64,000 nt of DNA from Coriobacteriales bacterium. GTDB taxonomy: Bacteria > Actinomycetota > Coriobacteriia > Coriobacteriales > UBA8131. Positions 56,026 to 64,000 of the stretch are shown in pieces (position 1 is the first letter of the stretch; the number at the start of each line of letters is the position of its first letter). The notes under the pieces were generated by a model that saw nothing but the letters and a program-made list of their open reading frames with translations, was not told the origin of the DNA and searched no databases. A program made the translations under genes and the position numbers. Location: the NCBI GenBank assembly GCA_031263025.1, contig JAISGO010000038.1, positions 3,038 to 67,037 on the forward strand, read 5' to 3'.

Positions 56026-56742
56026 TTAAAGCTGACTCTCCAGGAAGGAAGTCACGCCATCCTCGTCGGTGGAGGTCTCATCTACTGGGGCTTCAGGAGA
56101 AAGATCATCGGGGGACTTGGCCAAGATGTAGTTCTCAGGAAGGACGGGCCCGTCCTCGGCATCTGCTTCTTCCGTTGCGAGGTTTGCCTCTTCGTCGGCT
56201 AAGGCTTTCTGCAGGGCTTTCGGAGTGTAGCCGAGCTTGTCGGCGATCTCCTCGTCGCTTATGCCAAGATTGGCTTGTTGTAGATAGCGGAAGAGCTCCG
56301 CCACTTTCGCGTTGTAGGAGGCGACTGCCGGGCTCGAGTAACAGAGAAGCTCCTGGGCCTTGAATTTATTGGCGTTGATAAGCTCTCCACCTTGTTTCCA
56401 CAAGACGAGTTCGTCGTCTACGGTTACTTGTGTGATGTAGTCAACCTCGTCTTTACCGACAAGTGCGGTACGGCAGCAGAGCAGGTTGTTCGAGTAGGGG
56501 ATTTTGGTAAAGCGTCCTGGGGTGTGCTCCACTTCCGCATAATGGGGAGACTCACCTCCGCTACCGCCAGGGGCGTCGTGGAAGTAGACGTCGAGGCAAA
56601 GCCCGGTCTCGTGAATGGTGTCGAGGGTTAGCTGAAACTCAGTCACAACGTTCTGCTCGCCCTTGATCGGGTCTTTAGTCGTATAACAGTCTGTGTCGAA
56701 GATATTGACACGACCGTTCTCGAAATAGACATTGACTTTCAT
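56026..56742 (-). CDS. conserved hypothetical protein (paralog of 41271..42014)
   Basis: same position after the relaxase; SDEEIADKLGYTPKALQKALADE. Confidence 0.6.
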   Translation of the reverse strand: MKVNVYFENGRVNIFDTDCYTTKDPIKGEQNVVTEFQLTLDTIHETGLCLDVYFHDAPGGSGGESPHYAEVEHTPGRFTKIPYSNNLLCCRTALVGKDEVDYITQVTVDDELVLWKQGGELINANKFKAQELLCYSSPAVASYNAKVAELFRYLQQANLGISDEEIADKLGYTPKALQKALADEEANLATEEADAEDGPVLPENYILAKSPDDLSPEAPVDETSTDEDGVTSFLESQL

Positions 56743-56763
56743 GGTCGTTCCTTTCTCTTTGGA

Positions 56764-58185
56764 TTAACGGGCACCTCGAGAAGGCGAGCTGCGGCCTCTC
56801 GATTGCGGACTATGTTGCTGCGGCCGAGAACCGGAGGAGCTGTGGTGCCTTCCACTACCGCTTCCAAACATCTCGCGTTCCCTGTCCCGAGCCGTGCCTT
56901 TCTCATATTTGCCGACCCCTCTAGCCTTATTGCGGGCTGCAATGTCCCGAGCCTGTTCTCCAAGAGGCGATAACGGACGCTGGCTAACAGAGCGCGCCGG
57001 TAGCATCTTCGCTTCACTCGCGACTTTCTGGATGTTGGCAAGTTCGGCTTTCGCCGCCGGGTTCCGCACTTCGAGCTTGTCGAAGCCGGCAAGCGAGCAG
57101 ATACCGAAAGTGTTTATGAAGGATAGTGCTCGGGAGATGTCTTTAAGGCTGTAATTCGCACCAGGAGCGACTGTCGCGACCTTTCTTGCACCTCTAGGCC
57201 AAAGTTGTCCCGCGATGGCCGCAGCGGCGCTCTCAGGGCTCTTCTGACGCTTTATCTGGGCGTCGCGAGAGAAGTATCGTTTGATATTGCCCGAGCGAAA
57301 GTCATTGCCGAGTTTCCAGGCGCCGACCTGGCGGCTCGGCTGGTCGGTCAAGCGATAGATGAAGTCTCCCGCGTGTGCTTTCGAGGTTGAATAGTCGAGG
57401 CTTATGCCCATCACGTTCAAGGAGCGGACGTAGCCGGACATATCCTTGGCCGTCTCGTAGGCGATCCGTACCCGGTCAGCGATGTCCGACTTCCAGGAGT
57501 AGGTTCCGGTGCCTTCTGCACGTATCTCCGCGAAGCTGCGGTTACGCGGTGTCGTGAAGGCTTCCCGCTCGGGCTCCGGCACCTGGTAGTGTTCATCTCT
57601 TTCCTCCTCGGTACGTGAGAGCGTGCTCGCATAATCGTTGTTGAAATAGTGCAAGTGATGTGCGCGGGCGAGGTCGTTTAGGCTATGCCGGAGACTGCGG
57701 TTCGAGGCGTCGGAGATCTGTAGCCTCTTGCCGTTTGTGAGGTCTGTGTTGTTCACGATAACGTGGGCGTGGGCAACACCGTGGCTGCCGTCGTCATGGA
57801 CTATCACCACCCATTCGTAAAGCCCGAGGCTACCAGTATGTCCATCTGAGCCGAACCAAACCCGGCAATACTCATTCGCAAGCTCCAGCACATCATGGGT
57901 AGACAGCTTGTCGGCGGGATCAGGCGAGAGCAGGAGATGATTCGCCCTTACGCACTTACGTCCCCGCCATCCGGTATCGTTTCCGGCGGCCTTGCGGCTT
58001 GCGTCCATCTCTTTGTCCCAGCTGTCAAGGGGGTTGAGTGAGACCATGTTCTCCGCGTGAAAGGCACGGACGCGGTTACGGCCGAGGGCGAGGTTCTTGC
58101 GGTAGGCTTCCCCTTTGCCGAAGAGCAGGTAGTTGCGCACTCCAACGATAGAGCGATGCACCCTTCTTGCCCCGAACTTCGGCAT
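56764..58185 (-). CDS. MOBQ/MobA-VirD2-type relaxase (right)
   Basis: VHDDGSHGVAHAHVIVNNTD; N-terminal VRNYLLFGKGEAY. Confidence 0.8.
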   Translation of the reverse strand: MPKFGARRVHRSIVGVRNYLLFGKGEAYRKNLALGRNRVRAFHAENMVSLNPLDSWDKEMDASRKAAGNDTGWRGRKCVRANHLLLSPDPADKLSTHDVLELANEYCRVWFGSDGHTGSLGLYEWVVIVHDDGSHGVAHAHVIVNNTDLTNGKRLQISDASNRSLRHSLNDLARAHHLHYFNNDYASTLSRTEEERDEHYQVPEPEREAFTTPRNRSFAEIRAEGTGTYSWKSDIADRVRIAYETAKDMSGYVRSLNVMGISLDYSTSKAHAGDFIYRLTDQPSRQVGAWKLGNDFRSGNIKRYFSRDAQIKRQKSPESAAAAIAGQLWPRGARKVATVAPGANYSLKDISRALSFINTFGICSLAGFDKLEVRNPAAKAELANIQKVASEAKMLPARSVSQRPLSPLGEQARDIAARNKARGVGKYEKGTARDREREMFGSGSGRHHSSSGSRPQQHSPQSRGRSSPSRGAR

Positions 58186-58187
58186 GG

Positions 58188-58628
58188 CTAAAATCCTGCC
58201 TTCCGAAGCTTCGCGTCAACCGCGAACTGGAGAGCGACGACCCTCTGTTTCGCTTCCTTGATCTCTTGTTGGGTGGCGATGATCAGAGGCTTGGTGTCGC
58301 TTACGAAGTGGGCGAGGTCTTCGCTGATGGTTTCTACGGAGAAGCCCTCTTCGAGTCCGTAGGCGATCCGGTTGAGTGCTTTGATCCCTTGGGAGTTACG
58401 ATTGCCGGCAAGGGTGATGGCGTTTGACAGCTCCCTCATCGCCGCGATTAGCTGTCCCGATCCGAGTGGGTAATAATCGCCAGCGACATCGAGCGCGGAG
58501 GAACGCAGGAACTCGGAAAGAGACACGCCAGAAGCCGCTGCCGCAGCCTTTATCGCCTGGCGCTCAGCGACCGTCAAGCGAACAGCGAGGGGTGCCGTCT
58601 TAGGGGTGACTGTCTTGGGTCTCGCCAT
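58188..58628 (-). CDS. mobC: MobC-type relaxosome accessory protein (right)
   Basis: MARPKTV..LAVRLTVAERQAIK..LSEFLRSSAL; start set to ATG 58628 (both MobC copies start MARP). Confidence 0.65.
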   Translation of the reverse strand: MARPKTVTPKTAPLAVRLTVAERQAIKAAAAASGVSLSEFLRSSALDVAGDYYPLGSGQLIAAMRELSNAITLAGNRNSQGIKALNRIAYGLEEGFSVETISEDLAHFVSDTKPLIIATQQEIKEAKQRVVALQFAVDAKLRKAGF

Positions 58629-58920
58629 ATGTCTTGAAGCGACCTTTCCGTATCGTTTGCTACAAACGAACGGTCGGTCGCCAACTGGCGAGAGCTGGGC
58701 CGAATGTCTTTTGAGGGGTGTGGGGTCTCCCCCACGAAGCGCTAGGCGCTTTCCTCGGGGCGGCAAACCCGGCAGGGTTTTCAAAGCCCCCACGGCAGGA
58801 CTGCCGTGGAACCGGTCAGGGTTGCGTAGGCCCTCTCCGGTTCGCCTCCCGAGCTTTAAGCTCGAGCCAGTGGTATAAGCCGAGACGAAAACGCAGTTTT
58901 CGTATTCGGTTTATACGGTG

Positions 58921-58969
58921 CTGGGCGCGTTACCGCATAAGGGATTTTAACATAGAAATAGCGGTAACG
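58921..58969 (-). other. oriT candidate (right module): 9-bp IR + GCGGTAACGCGCCCAG
   Basis: CGTTACCGC (58928-58936) / GCGGTAACG (58961-58969). On the minus strand the IR is followed by TAACGCGCCCAG, which resembles the RSF1010/R1162 nick region GGTAAGTGCGCCCT (from memory). Confidence 0.5.
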
Positions 58970-58981
58970 TTGGTCAAGAGA

Positions 58982-59011
58982 AGAAAAAATAAACCGCCCA
59001 AAGGGGCGGTT
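58982..59011 (-). terminator. rho-independent terminator after abiEii
   Basis: minus strand AACCGCCC-CTTT-GGGCGGTT followed by TATTTTTTCTT. Confidence 0.7.
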
Positions 59012-59023
59012 CTAAGATGCTTT

Positions 59024-59779
59024 TTATATCTCTGGTGGGTCTTGAATCGGTGGGTCTACAAAGAACCCGTCGTCATCGCGGTCAGGTTGATAGTGCGCTA
59101 CGATTCTGACTTCATCTGCTCTGGCGCTAAGGCGCGAGGGCTGCATTAAGCCGACCTTATCGTAGGCGGAAAGAAAGCGTGTCTCGAGAAGGGAATTGTC
59201 GATTAGTGGGTCGTCCTGGGTTCTCACTAGATAGTCGAACTCGTTTAGGCCCTTGTATTCAAAGGCGTTGCGGACGACCTCAACAGAGGCCTTCTCGAGG
59301 TCATCAAAATACTTTGCACAAATGAACGTCAGGTCGTAGAGGTCGCGGATACGGTCGCGGTGCAGATAGGCCGAGGCCTTCATCTTGCAAAGCTCGTCAA
59401 TAGAGTAGACGAGTATCCCGTTTATGGTTCTCGTATCGGTATCAAAGTCAATATCGCGGCGGCGATAGGAAAGCTCGACTTTAAGGGGGGTCGAAGGATC
59501 GCCATAGTTGATGAGTGCGCGCTTGACAGTATTGGTGTCCTTTCCGATGCGGTAATCATAGCTACTCTTCTCGCAGAATGTTGAAACAATCTTAAAAAGG
59601 GCGTCAGAGGACTTTTCATATCTCTCCCCCTCTCCGTCCAGGTCTATGTCAACGGAGTTGCGGTCGAGATCGTAGCAGAACATCAAAGCCGTGCCGCCCT
59701 TCAAAACGAAGCGGCTTGGATCGGCGTTGATGGCCGCGACAAGTTCCCTCATCACCGAAACATGTTTATCGAAGTCCAT
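59024..59779 (-). CDS. AbiEii/DUF1814-type nucleotidyltransferase toxin
   Basis: FVLKGGTALMFCY..RNSVDIDLD motifs. Confidence 0.75.
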   Translation of the reverse strand: MDFDKHVSVMRELVAAINADPSRFVLKGGTALMFCYDLDRNSVDIDLDGEGERYEKSSDALFKIVSTFCEKSSYDYRIGKDTNTVKRALINYGDPSTPLKVELSYRRRDIDFDTDTRTINGILVYSIDELCKMKASAYLHRDRIRDLYDLTFICAKYFDDLEKASVEVVRNAFEYKGLNEFDYLVRTQDDPLIDNSLLETRFLSAYDKVGLMQPSRLSARADEVRIVAHYQPDRDDDGFFVDPPIQDPPEI

Positions 59780-60167
59780 GATTCCCCTTGAAGTCTAGCC
59801 AAGTGCAGCCATATTCCTTGCCGACGGCACGGTCTATCTTGTCCCAGTTCGGCGACTGCCTGAGCGAAGTGAGCTTGTCGAAGAAAAGCGGCGTGTACCT
59901 CTCATTGCCGATGAAGTATTCACGGGTACCCTGGAAGGAGGAATAATAGCCCTCCTGTAAGAGGTCGATCGCGGCGCGGACGTGGTTGGCGACGGGAAGT
60001 CCGCAGGGGTTGTCGATTCCGTAGTTGATTCCCCATTTGCCGAGCGGAGACTCCGTGGTGTCGAAGACGTTAGGCTTGTCCCAATGCAGGGCTGGATAAT
60101 GCCAGTCTTGGAAGGTGTCCAAGGTATCCGGCAGGTTGAAGGCGAATGTCCCGGTGAGGTACTTCAT
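59766..60167 (-). CDS. hypothetical 133-aa protein overlapping abiEii by 14 nt (not AbiEi-like)
   Basis: coupled to abiEii; no recognisable wHTH; Trp/Tyr/Gly-rich. Confidence 0.5.
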   Translation of the reverse strand: MKYLTGTFAFNLPDTLDTFQDWHYPALHWDKPNVFDTTESPLGKWGINYGIDNPCGLPVANHVRAAIDLLQEGYYSSFQGTREYFIGNERYTPLFFDKLTSLRQSPNWDKIDRAVGKEYGCTWLDFKGNHGLR

Positions 60168-60169
60168 CT

Positions 60170-60385
60170 CTAATCGGCTATATCCTGCTCATGATGATTT
60201 TGATAATACTCACGAAGCGAACGCACGATGATACGCGTCATGGGTCTATCTTCCTCCGCACTTAGGGTGTCAAGCATATCGCGTTCCTCCGGAGTGAATC
60301 CCATCGTGATCTTCGAGTCACGCCGCTCGCTCGCAGGCTTCTTGCGATGATCGCGGGGTTTGTCCTGGCTTGCAACTTGCGACAT
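60170..60385 (-). CDS. ribbon-helix-helix protein (homolog of 35880..36224)
   Basis: RRDSKITMGFTPEERDMLDTL..IIVRSLREYYQNHH. Confidence 0.6.
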   Translation of the reverse strand: MSQVASQDKPRDHRKKPASERRDSKITMGFTPEERDMLDTLSAEEDRPMTRIIVRSLREYYQNHHEQDIAD

Positions 60386-60525
60386 TACCGGCCTTTCAGT
60401 TAATAGCTTCTATTCAATCATAGTCTATCATAGAATAGTAGCTAATTTTATAGCAAGCTATAAAAGATATGTTTATTGCAAAGATATAAAAGCAATAATT
60501 ATATAAATATAGCTAAGGAGTCTTA

Positions 60526-60789
60526 CTAATCTTTCCTTATCAGGTCAGCGATGATTAGGTCGCGGACATAAGCCGAGAAAGAAGAATGGAGTTTCGCTGC
60601 CTTTGCCTTCGCCTGCCATTTGAGCTTATCAGGCATCCTTAGAATGACCGAGACATTCTCCTCTTTCGTGCCGTCCGGGGGCAGGGGCAGGCGTACCCGA
60701 CTCCCTTCCACTTTCTGATACTTGCGTTTCTGCTCTGTGGCGGCTTTCGTGAATATCTCAGCAGATTTCTTCTCAGCCATTTCAACCAA
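60526..60789 (-). CDS. ParG-like RHH partition protein
   Basis: overlaps the parA(R) stop by 8 nt; VSVILRMPDKLKWQAKAKAAKLHSSFSAYVRDLI. Confidence 0.55.
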   Translation of the reverse strand: MVEMAEKKSAEIFTKAATEQKRKYQKVEGSRVRLPLPPDGTKEENVSVILRMPDKLKWQAKAKAAKLHSSFSAYVRDLIIADLIRKD

Positions 60790-61333
60790 CCTCCTTGATT
60801 ATCCTGTCGCAAAGCTCCTCGAAAGCAGCTGCGGCCTTATTCTTCTTGTTGAACTCATATATTGACATCTGAGCGGCCTGTGCCTGGACGATAGCTGTCG
60901 TGGTAGGAATAGTCGTCCATACCGGCATCTCGCAGTTAGCGAGGTAACGGAGGAAGTCGCTATCAGCGAGGCGCCGTTTATCGTAGAAGTTCACGGCTAT
61001 GCCAAGGTGGGCTTTAGTCTTGGACTTCACTGCCTTGTCCCAGCAGCGCATAAGCGGAATCTGGTCTAAGGTGGACGCCCGTGTCGGCATCACGATGAGA
61101 TCAGCCGCGCGGCACCACTCAGCAAAGTCTTTGTGGAGTGTAGGCGGAGTATCTACGATCAAAAAATCATCGTCGTCTTTGGGGAGGGTTGGCGCATGTA
61201 GGACGCCACCTTGCGGGTCGAGGTTTTGGAAGCTCACCTTGTAGCCCCGGCGTTCCAGGGCAAACGCGATCTCATCAGAGACTGTGGTTTTCCCTACCCC
61301 ACCTTTTTGATTGGCTACAAGAACCGTCTTCAT
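60782..61333 (-). CDS. parA: ParA/Soj-type partition ATPase (right)
   Basis: NQKGGVGKTT deviant Walker A. Confidence 0.85.
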   Translation of the reverse strand: MKTVLVANQKGGVGKTTVSDEIAFALERRGYKVSFQNLDPQGGVLHAPTLPKDDDDFLIVDTPPTLHKDFAEWCRAADLIVMPTRASTLDQIPLMRCWDKAVKSKTKAHLGIAVNFYDKRRLADSDFLRYLANCEMPVWTTIPTTTAIVQAQAAQMSIYEFNKKNKAAAAFEELCDRIIKEVG

Positions 61334-61526
61334 GTCCGCTCCTCACGTGCAGATATGTATAAAAGAATAATTATATCATTTATAGAATTATAAAGAAGAT
61401 ATACATGAGTGTCAAACATGCAGGAAAAGACAAAATAATTTCAAAAATTATATAATTGCAATAAATATAGAATTATTACAATTATATAAAGCTAATAAAA
61501 TCCACTACGAACAGAGGAGGCGAACA

Positions 61527-62672
61527 TTGGCCGGACTTACCATAGAACTTGAGCAATATCTTGACGAAGGAAGCTGCAATCGTCCAGGTAAATACCTTAA
61601 CGCGCTCGACCGGCATTTCATAGACATAGCCCTAAATGAATTGAAAATGCCGGTTTCCAAAATCGCGAAGACCTTGGAACGCAGCCGACGGACAATCCAG
61701 AGGGAGATTAGGAGAGGTTCCACTTGGGAAGCGGCCGAAAAAAATACTTATGCTATTGGCAGAAAAAGTAAACAAGATAGGGTGCTGAAGTACCACTGGG
61801 AGGCAGCGGAACGCCTTTTTCGTAAAAGGCAGAAAAATAAAGGATATGGTCTGAAACTAGCCGACGAGAAGTACATGGACGCTGCCGTTTGGTATCACAA
61901 GATGATAGTCGTTGAAGGCCGGTCGCCTGATGAAGTGTGCGGTCGGGCCCGAATTGAAGGGAAGTTGTCGGCGTATGTGTGTTTTAAGACGCTTTACAAC
62001 TACTCGCATAACGGCGTACTTGGGTACAGCGATAAGAACCTGCCGATGGCAGAAATCGAGCGGAAAGCTCAAAAGAAAAGATATACCTATAAGCAGAAGT
62101 ATGTCCGAGGGGAGTCGATTGAGTTCAGGTCGGATGCGGTAAACAAAAGACAGGAGTTCGGGCACTGGGAAGGTGATTTGATTGTAGGTAAGCGTGGCGG
62201 GAAGAAGGAGGTAATCTTAACCTTGGTCGAAAGGAAGACCCGCTATCTTATCGCGGTAGTCCTCGCTTCAAAGGAACATGAGAATGTAGCCGCGTGGTTT
62301 GATCAAGTGGAGCTTATCATCGGGGAAGAGCGCTTCGCCAATATTTTCCGCTCTGTCACCTGGGACAATGGATCGGAGTTCGCCCGTCCGATTGACTTTG
62401 AGACGTCGATATTCGAGCTCCTCGGCATAAGCGGTTCATATCGCACTAGATGTTTCTATGCTCATGCCTACACGTCCTGGGAAAGAGGCTCTAACGAGAA
62501 CTGCAATGGTCTTATTCGCAGGAACGGCATTAAGAAAGGCCATGACATAGAAGAATATGGACAAGAAGTTGTAAGACAGGTTGCTGAGAAGATTAACAAC
62601 AAATGGCGCAAGATCCTAGGGTATCATTCAGCAAAGGAGTATTTCGCAAGAGAAATGAAACTTATAGAATGA
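61527..62672 (+). CDS. IS30-family DDE transposase (right)
   Basis: HWEGDL, TWDNGSEF, WERGSNENCNGLIR; TTG start after AGAGGAGG; ~60% identical to the left copy. Confidence 0.85.
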   Translation: MAGLTIELEQYLDEGSCNRPGKYLNALDRHFIDIALNELKMPVSKIAKTLERSRRTIQREIRRGSTWEAAEKNTYAIGRKSKQDRVLKYHWEAAERLFRKRQKNKGYGLKLADEKYMDAAVWYHKMIVVEGRSPDEVCGRARIEGKLSAYVCFKTLYNYSHNGVLGYSDKNLPMAEIERKAQKKRYTYKQKYVRGESIEFRSDAVNKRQEFGHWEGDLIVGKRGGKKEVILTLVERKTRYLIAVVLASKEHENVAAWFDQVELIIGEERFANIFRSVTWDNGSEFARPIDFETSIFELLGISGSYRTRCFYAHAYTSWERGSNENCNGLIRRNGIKKGHDIEEYGQEVVRQVAEKINNKWRKILGYHSAKEYFAREMKLIE

Positions 62673-62963
62673 TTGGAAATATAGCTTTATTTCTTTTCAT
62701 AAAAGTAATAATTATATAATTATAAAGAATATATACTTGCGATAAGTATATACAATCTCGCAGTAACTGCTACCTATATTGTCGTTTTTTCTTTACCAGA
62801 AAATTTTACAAAAAACCGTCTAAACGGTTGACATGTTTTCAAAAATCAGGTAAAGTACTCCGTAAATAGTGAGTTTTAATGAGCTTGGCAAAGGTATTTG
62901 AAAATTAAAGGGTAAGGTTCCGGCTGCGCCAGTTTCTTTTACAATATTCTTGAGAAACAAGAA

Positions 62964-63920
62964 ATGTGGATGACAGATACCCAATTTATGAGCGACAAGT
63001 CAGAATTTCTATACGGTAGAAGATTGGCTTTTAATCATTTTAAACCGAAACTTGAAAATTTCAGGAATCGCAAAGGAAACTGGGACGATGATTTCATATA
63101 TTTTTTAGACCGCGATTATTGCTTATATAAAAGTATTGATGAAATAGTTGATGATTTTAACTCTCAGGCAGATGTGGCCCGGCGCAGATATTTCGTAATT
63201 AGTTTTTGTGAACGCCCCGATTTACTTTCCATGTGGCGTGGATATTCGAATGATGGTGTCTGTTTAGAATTTGAGATAAACGATAGTATAGTTTCACAGC
63301 TTTGGCGGTCTAAAGATTTTATAAAAAACTATAAAGATATATATCCACAAAAGAGCTGCTTTGGCTGCTTTTTAGCTGACGCTAATTTTTGGTTATCGAA
63401 GGTAGTTTATTCGTTGAACGAGCAGAAGGCAAAGTTGGATAATTTTGCAAATAGCTTTACAAATGACTTAGATTACCCTAGCAATAAAAGAACTCCTCAG
63501 TTTGAGGTTTTTAAAGAGTATTATGAATTATTACTTTCGTTCAAAGATCATCACTTTGCTGAAGAAAAAGAATATAGATTAATCTTTGCCACGGGAAATT
63601 CAGAGTTCGGTAAAGCTCCAGCAACTGAAATAAATGAAGAAACAGTTAATAGTCATAGCTTCAATCTAGAAGTACGCTCAACTAATCATGGGGTTAAGCC
63701 ATATTTTCCAATGCCAATCGAAACTTTTGGCAAAATTACGGGAATCTTCATTGGGCCCGGACAAAATCAAGAAAATAATTTTGCAGCAATGAGACTGGCT
63801 AAAATCACTAATCATCTTGACATTCAAATTTCATCAATTCCCCTAAACGGCAGCATGAAACATGTCAGTGGCCTGCACAATCTGAAGAACCAAAGCTTCG
63901 CGACTATTGAATCATTTTAA
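62964..63920 (+). CDS. DUF2971 family protein, 3' portion of the interrupted gene (frame open back to 62916)
   Basis: FVISFCERPDLLSMWRGYSNDGVCLEF DUF2971 signature; upstream in-frame codons YNILEKQE match the fragment at 33608. Confidence 0.7.
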   Translation: MWMTDTQFMSDKSEFLYGRRLAFNHFKPKLENFRNRKGNWDDDFIYFLDRDYCLYKSIDEIVDDFNSQADVARRRYFVISFCERPDLLSMWRGYSNDGVCLEFEINDSIVSQLWRSKDFIKNYKDIYPQKSCFGCFLADANFWLSKVVYSLNEQKAKLDNFANSFTNDLDYPSNKRTPQFEVFKEYYELLLSFKDHHFAEEKEYRLIFATGNSEFGKAPATEINEETVNSHSFNLEVRSTNHGVKPYFPMPIETFGKITGIFIGPGQNQENNFAAMRLAKITNHLDIQISSIPLNGSMKHVSGLHNLKNQSFATIESF

Positions 63921-64000
63921 GCTGCCGAACCTGCTGAATTCCCCAGTTTCTTAAACCCGCACCGATCCGCTCCATTTCCGAACCAGCGGAACGGCCACAG

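Larger units (their letters stand above)
33659..62942. mobile_element. 29,284-bp composite insertion: two mirror-image IS30-like/ParA/relaxase mobilizable modules with adhesin-sortase cargo
   Basis: 12-bp direct repeat AATATTCTTGAG at 33647-33658 and 62943-62954; imperfect terminal IR (16/21) at 33667-33687 and 62922-62942; host ORF restored on excision. Confidence 0.65.

Noticed and set aside
33902-62672. Mirror symmetry as a fold-back assembly artefact
   Set aside because: The two arms are only ~45-60% identical at protein level and differ in gene content. They are therefore not two copies of the same molecule. The central junction itself still deserves read-level confirmation.
33659-62942. 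Prophage interpretation of the insertion
   Set aside because: No capsid, terminase, tail, portal or lysis genes are present. The content is plasmid/IME-like: ParA, MobC, relaxase and toxins.

Overview
This window looks like a high-GC Gram-positive chromosome, Actinomycetota-like; Coriobacteriia is my guess and is inference only. It has three parts.

(1) 1-30.4 kb is housekeeping core:
- purS-purQ, rnhB, ftsEX, ispH, DUF512, obg, a DUF45 peptidase and priA.
- clpX-clpP-tig on the minus strand, a CAP-domain secreted protein and gltX.
- A tight operon of a GspS-like ATP-grasp ligase, a KAP-NTPase fused to a methyltransferase-like domain, and a GNAT, sitting behind a frameshifted hflX.
- A SpoU methyltransferase, a TM2 protein and an MFS transporter.
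- A visibly GC-richer block: stand-alone adenylation enzyme, YhbD-like MerR plus bactofilin, CMD, cupin. DUF2130 follows.
- Intergenic spaces carry a family of GGGGACACTCTAAAT-type hairpins.

(2) 30.5-33.7 kb is a small accessory patch with mazEF, a Zn-ribbon protein, and a small-ORF + Mrr-like endonuclease + DUF2971 operon.

(3) 33,659-62,942 is a 29.3-kb insertion that splits the DUF2971 gene, with a 12-bp direct repeat and imperfect terminal inverted repeats.
- It is built from two diverged, mirror-image, plasmid-like mobilizable modules.
- Each module has an IS30-like DDE transposase, ParA, an RHH protein, a two-gene toxin slot, an oriT-like site, MobC, a MOBQ-type relaxase, a conserved unknown and a YraN-like gene.
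- The inner ends of the modules meet head-to-head inside two 5'-truncated paralogous adhesin genes.
- Cargo is an LPXTG adhesin, secreted PT-linker proteins, a class-B-like sortase, and Fic/Doc-like and HipA-like toxins.

The items most worth a second look are:
- A portable C-terminal tail shared by three unrelated proteins: HipA-like, Doc-like, and a third protein that carries it behind an in-frame TAG.
- A duplicated 35-codon mini-ORF with a Shine-Dalgarno site, hydrophobic then basic, held in a 5'-3' pairing structure (type-I-toxin-like).
- A structure-conserved long hairpin plus polypyrimidine tract present in both modules.
- The KAP / ATP-grasp / GNAT operon.

I saw no rRNA, tRNA or CRISPR. 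All calls come from reading motifs by eye; no database search or computation was run.
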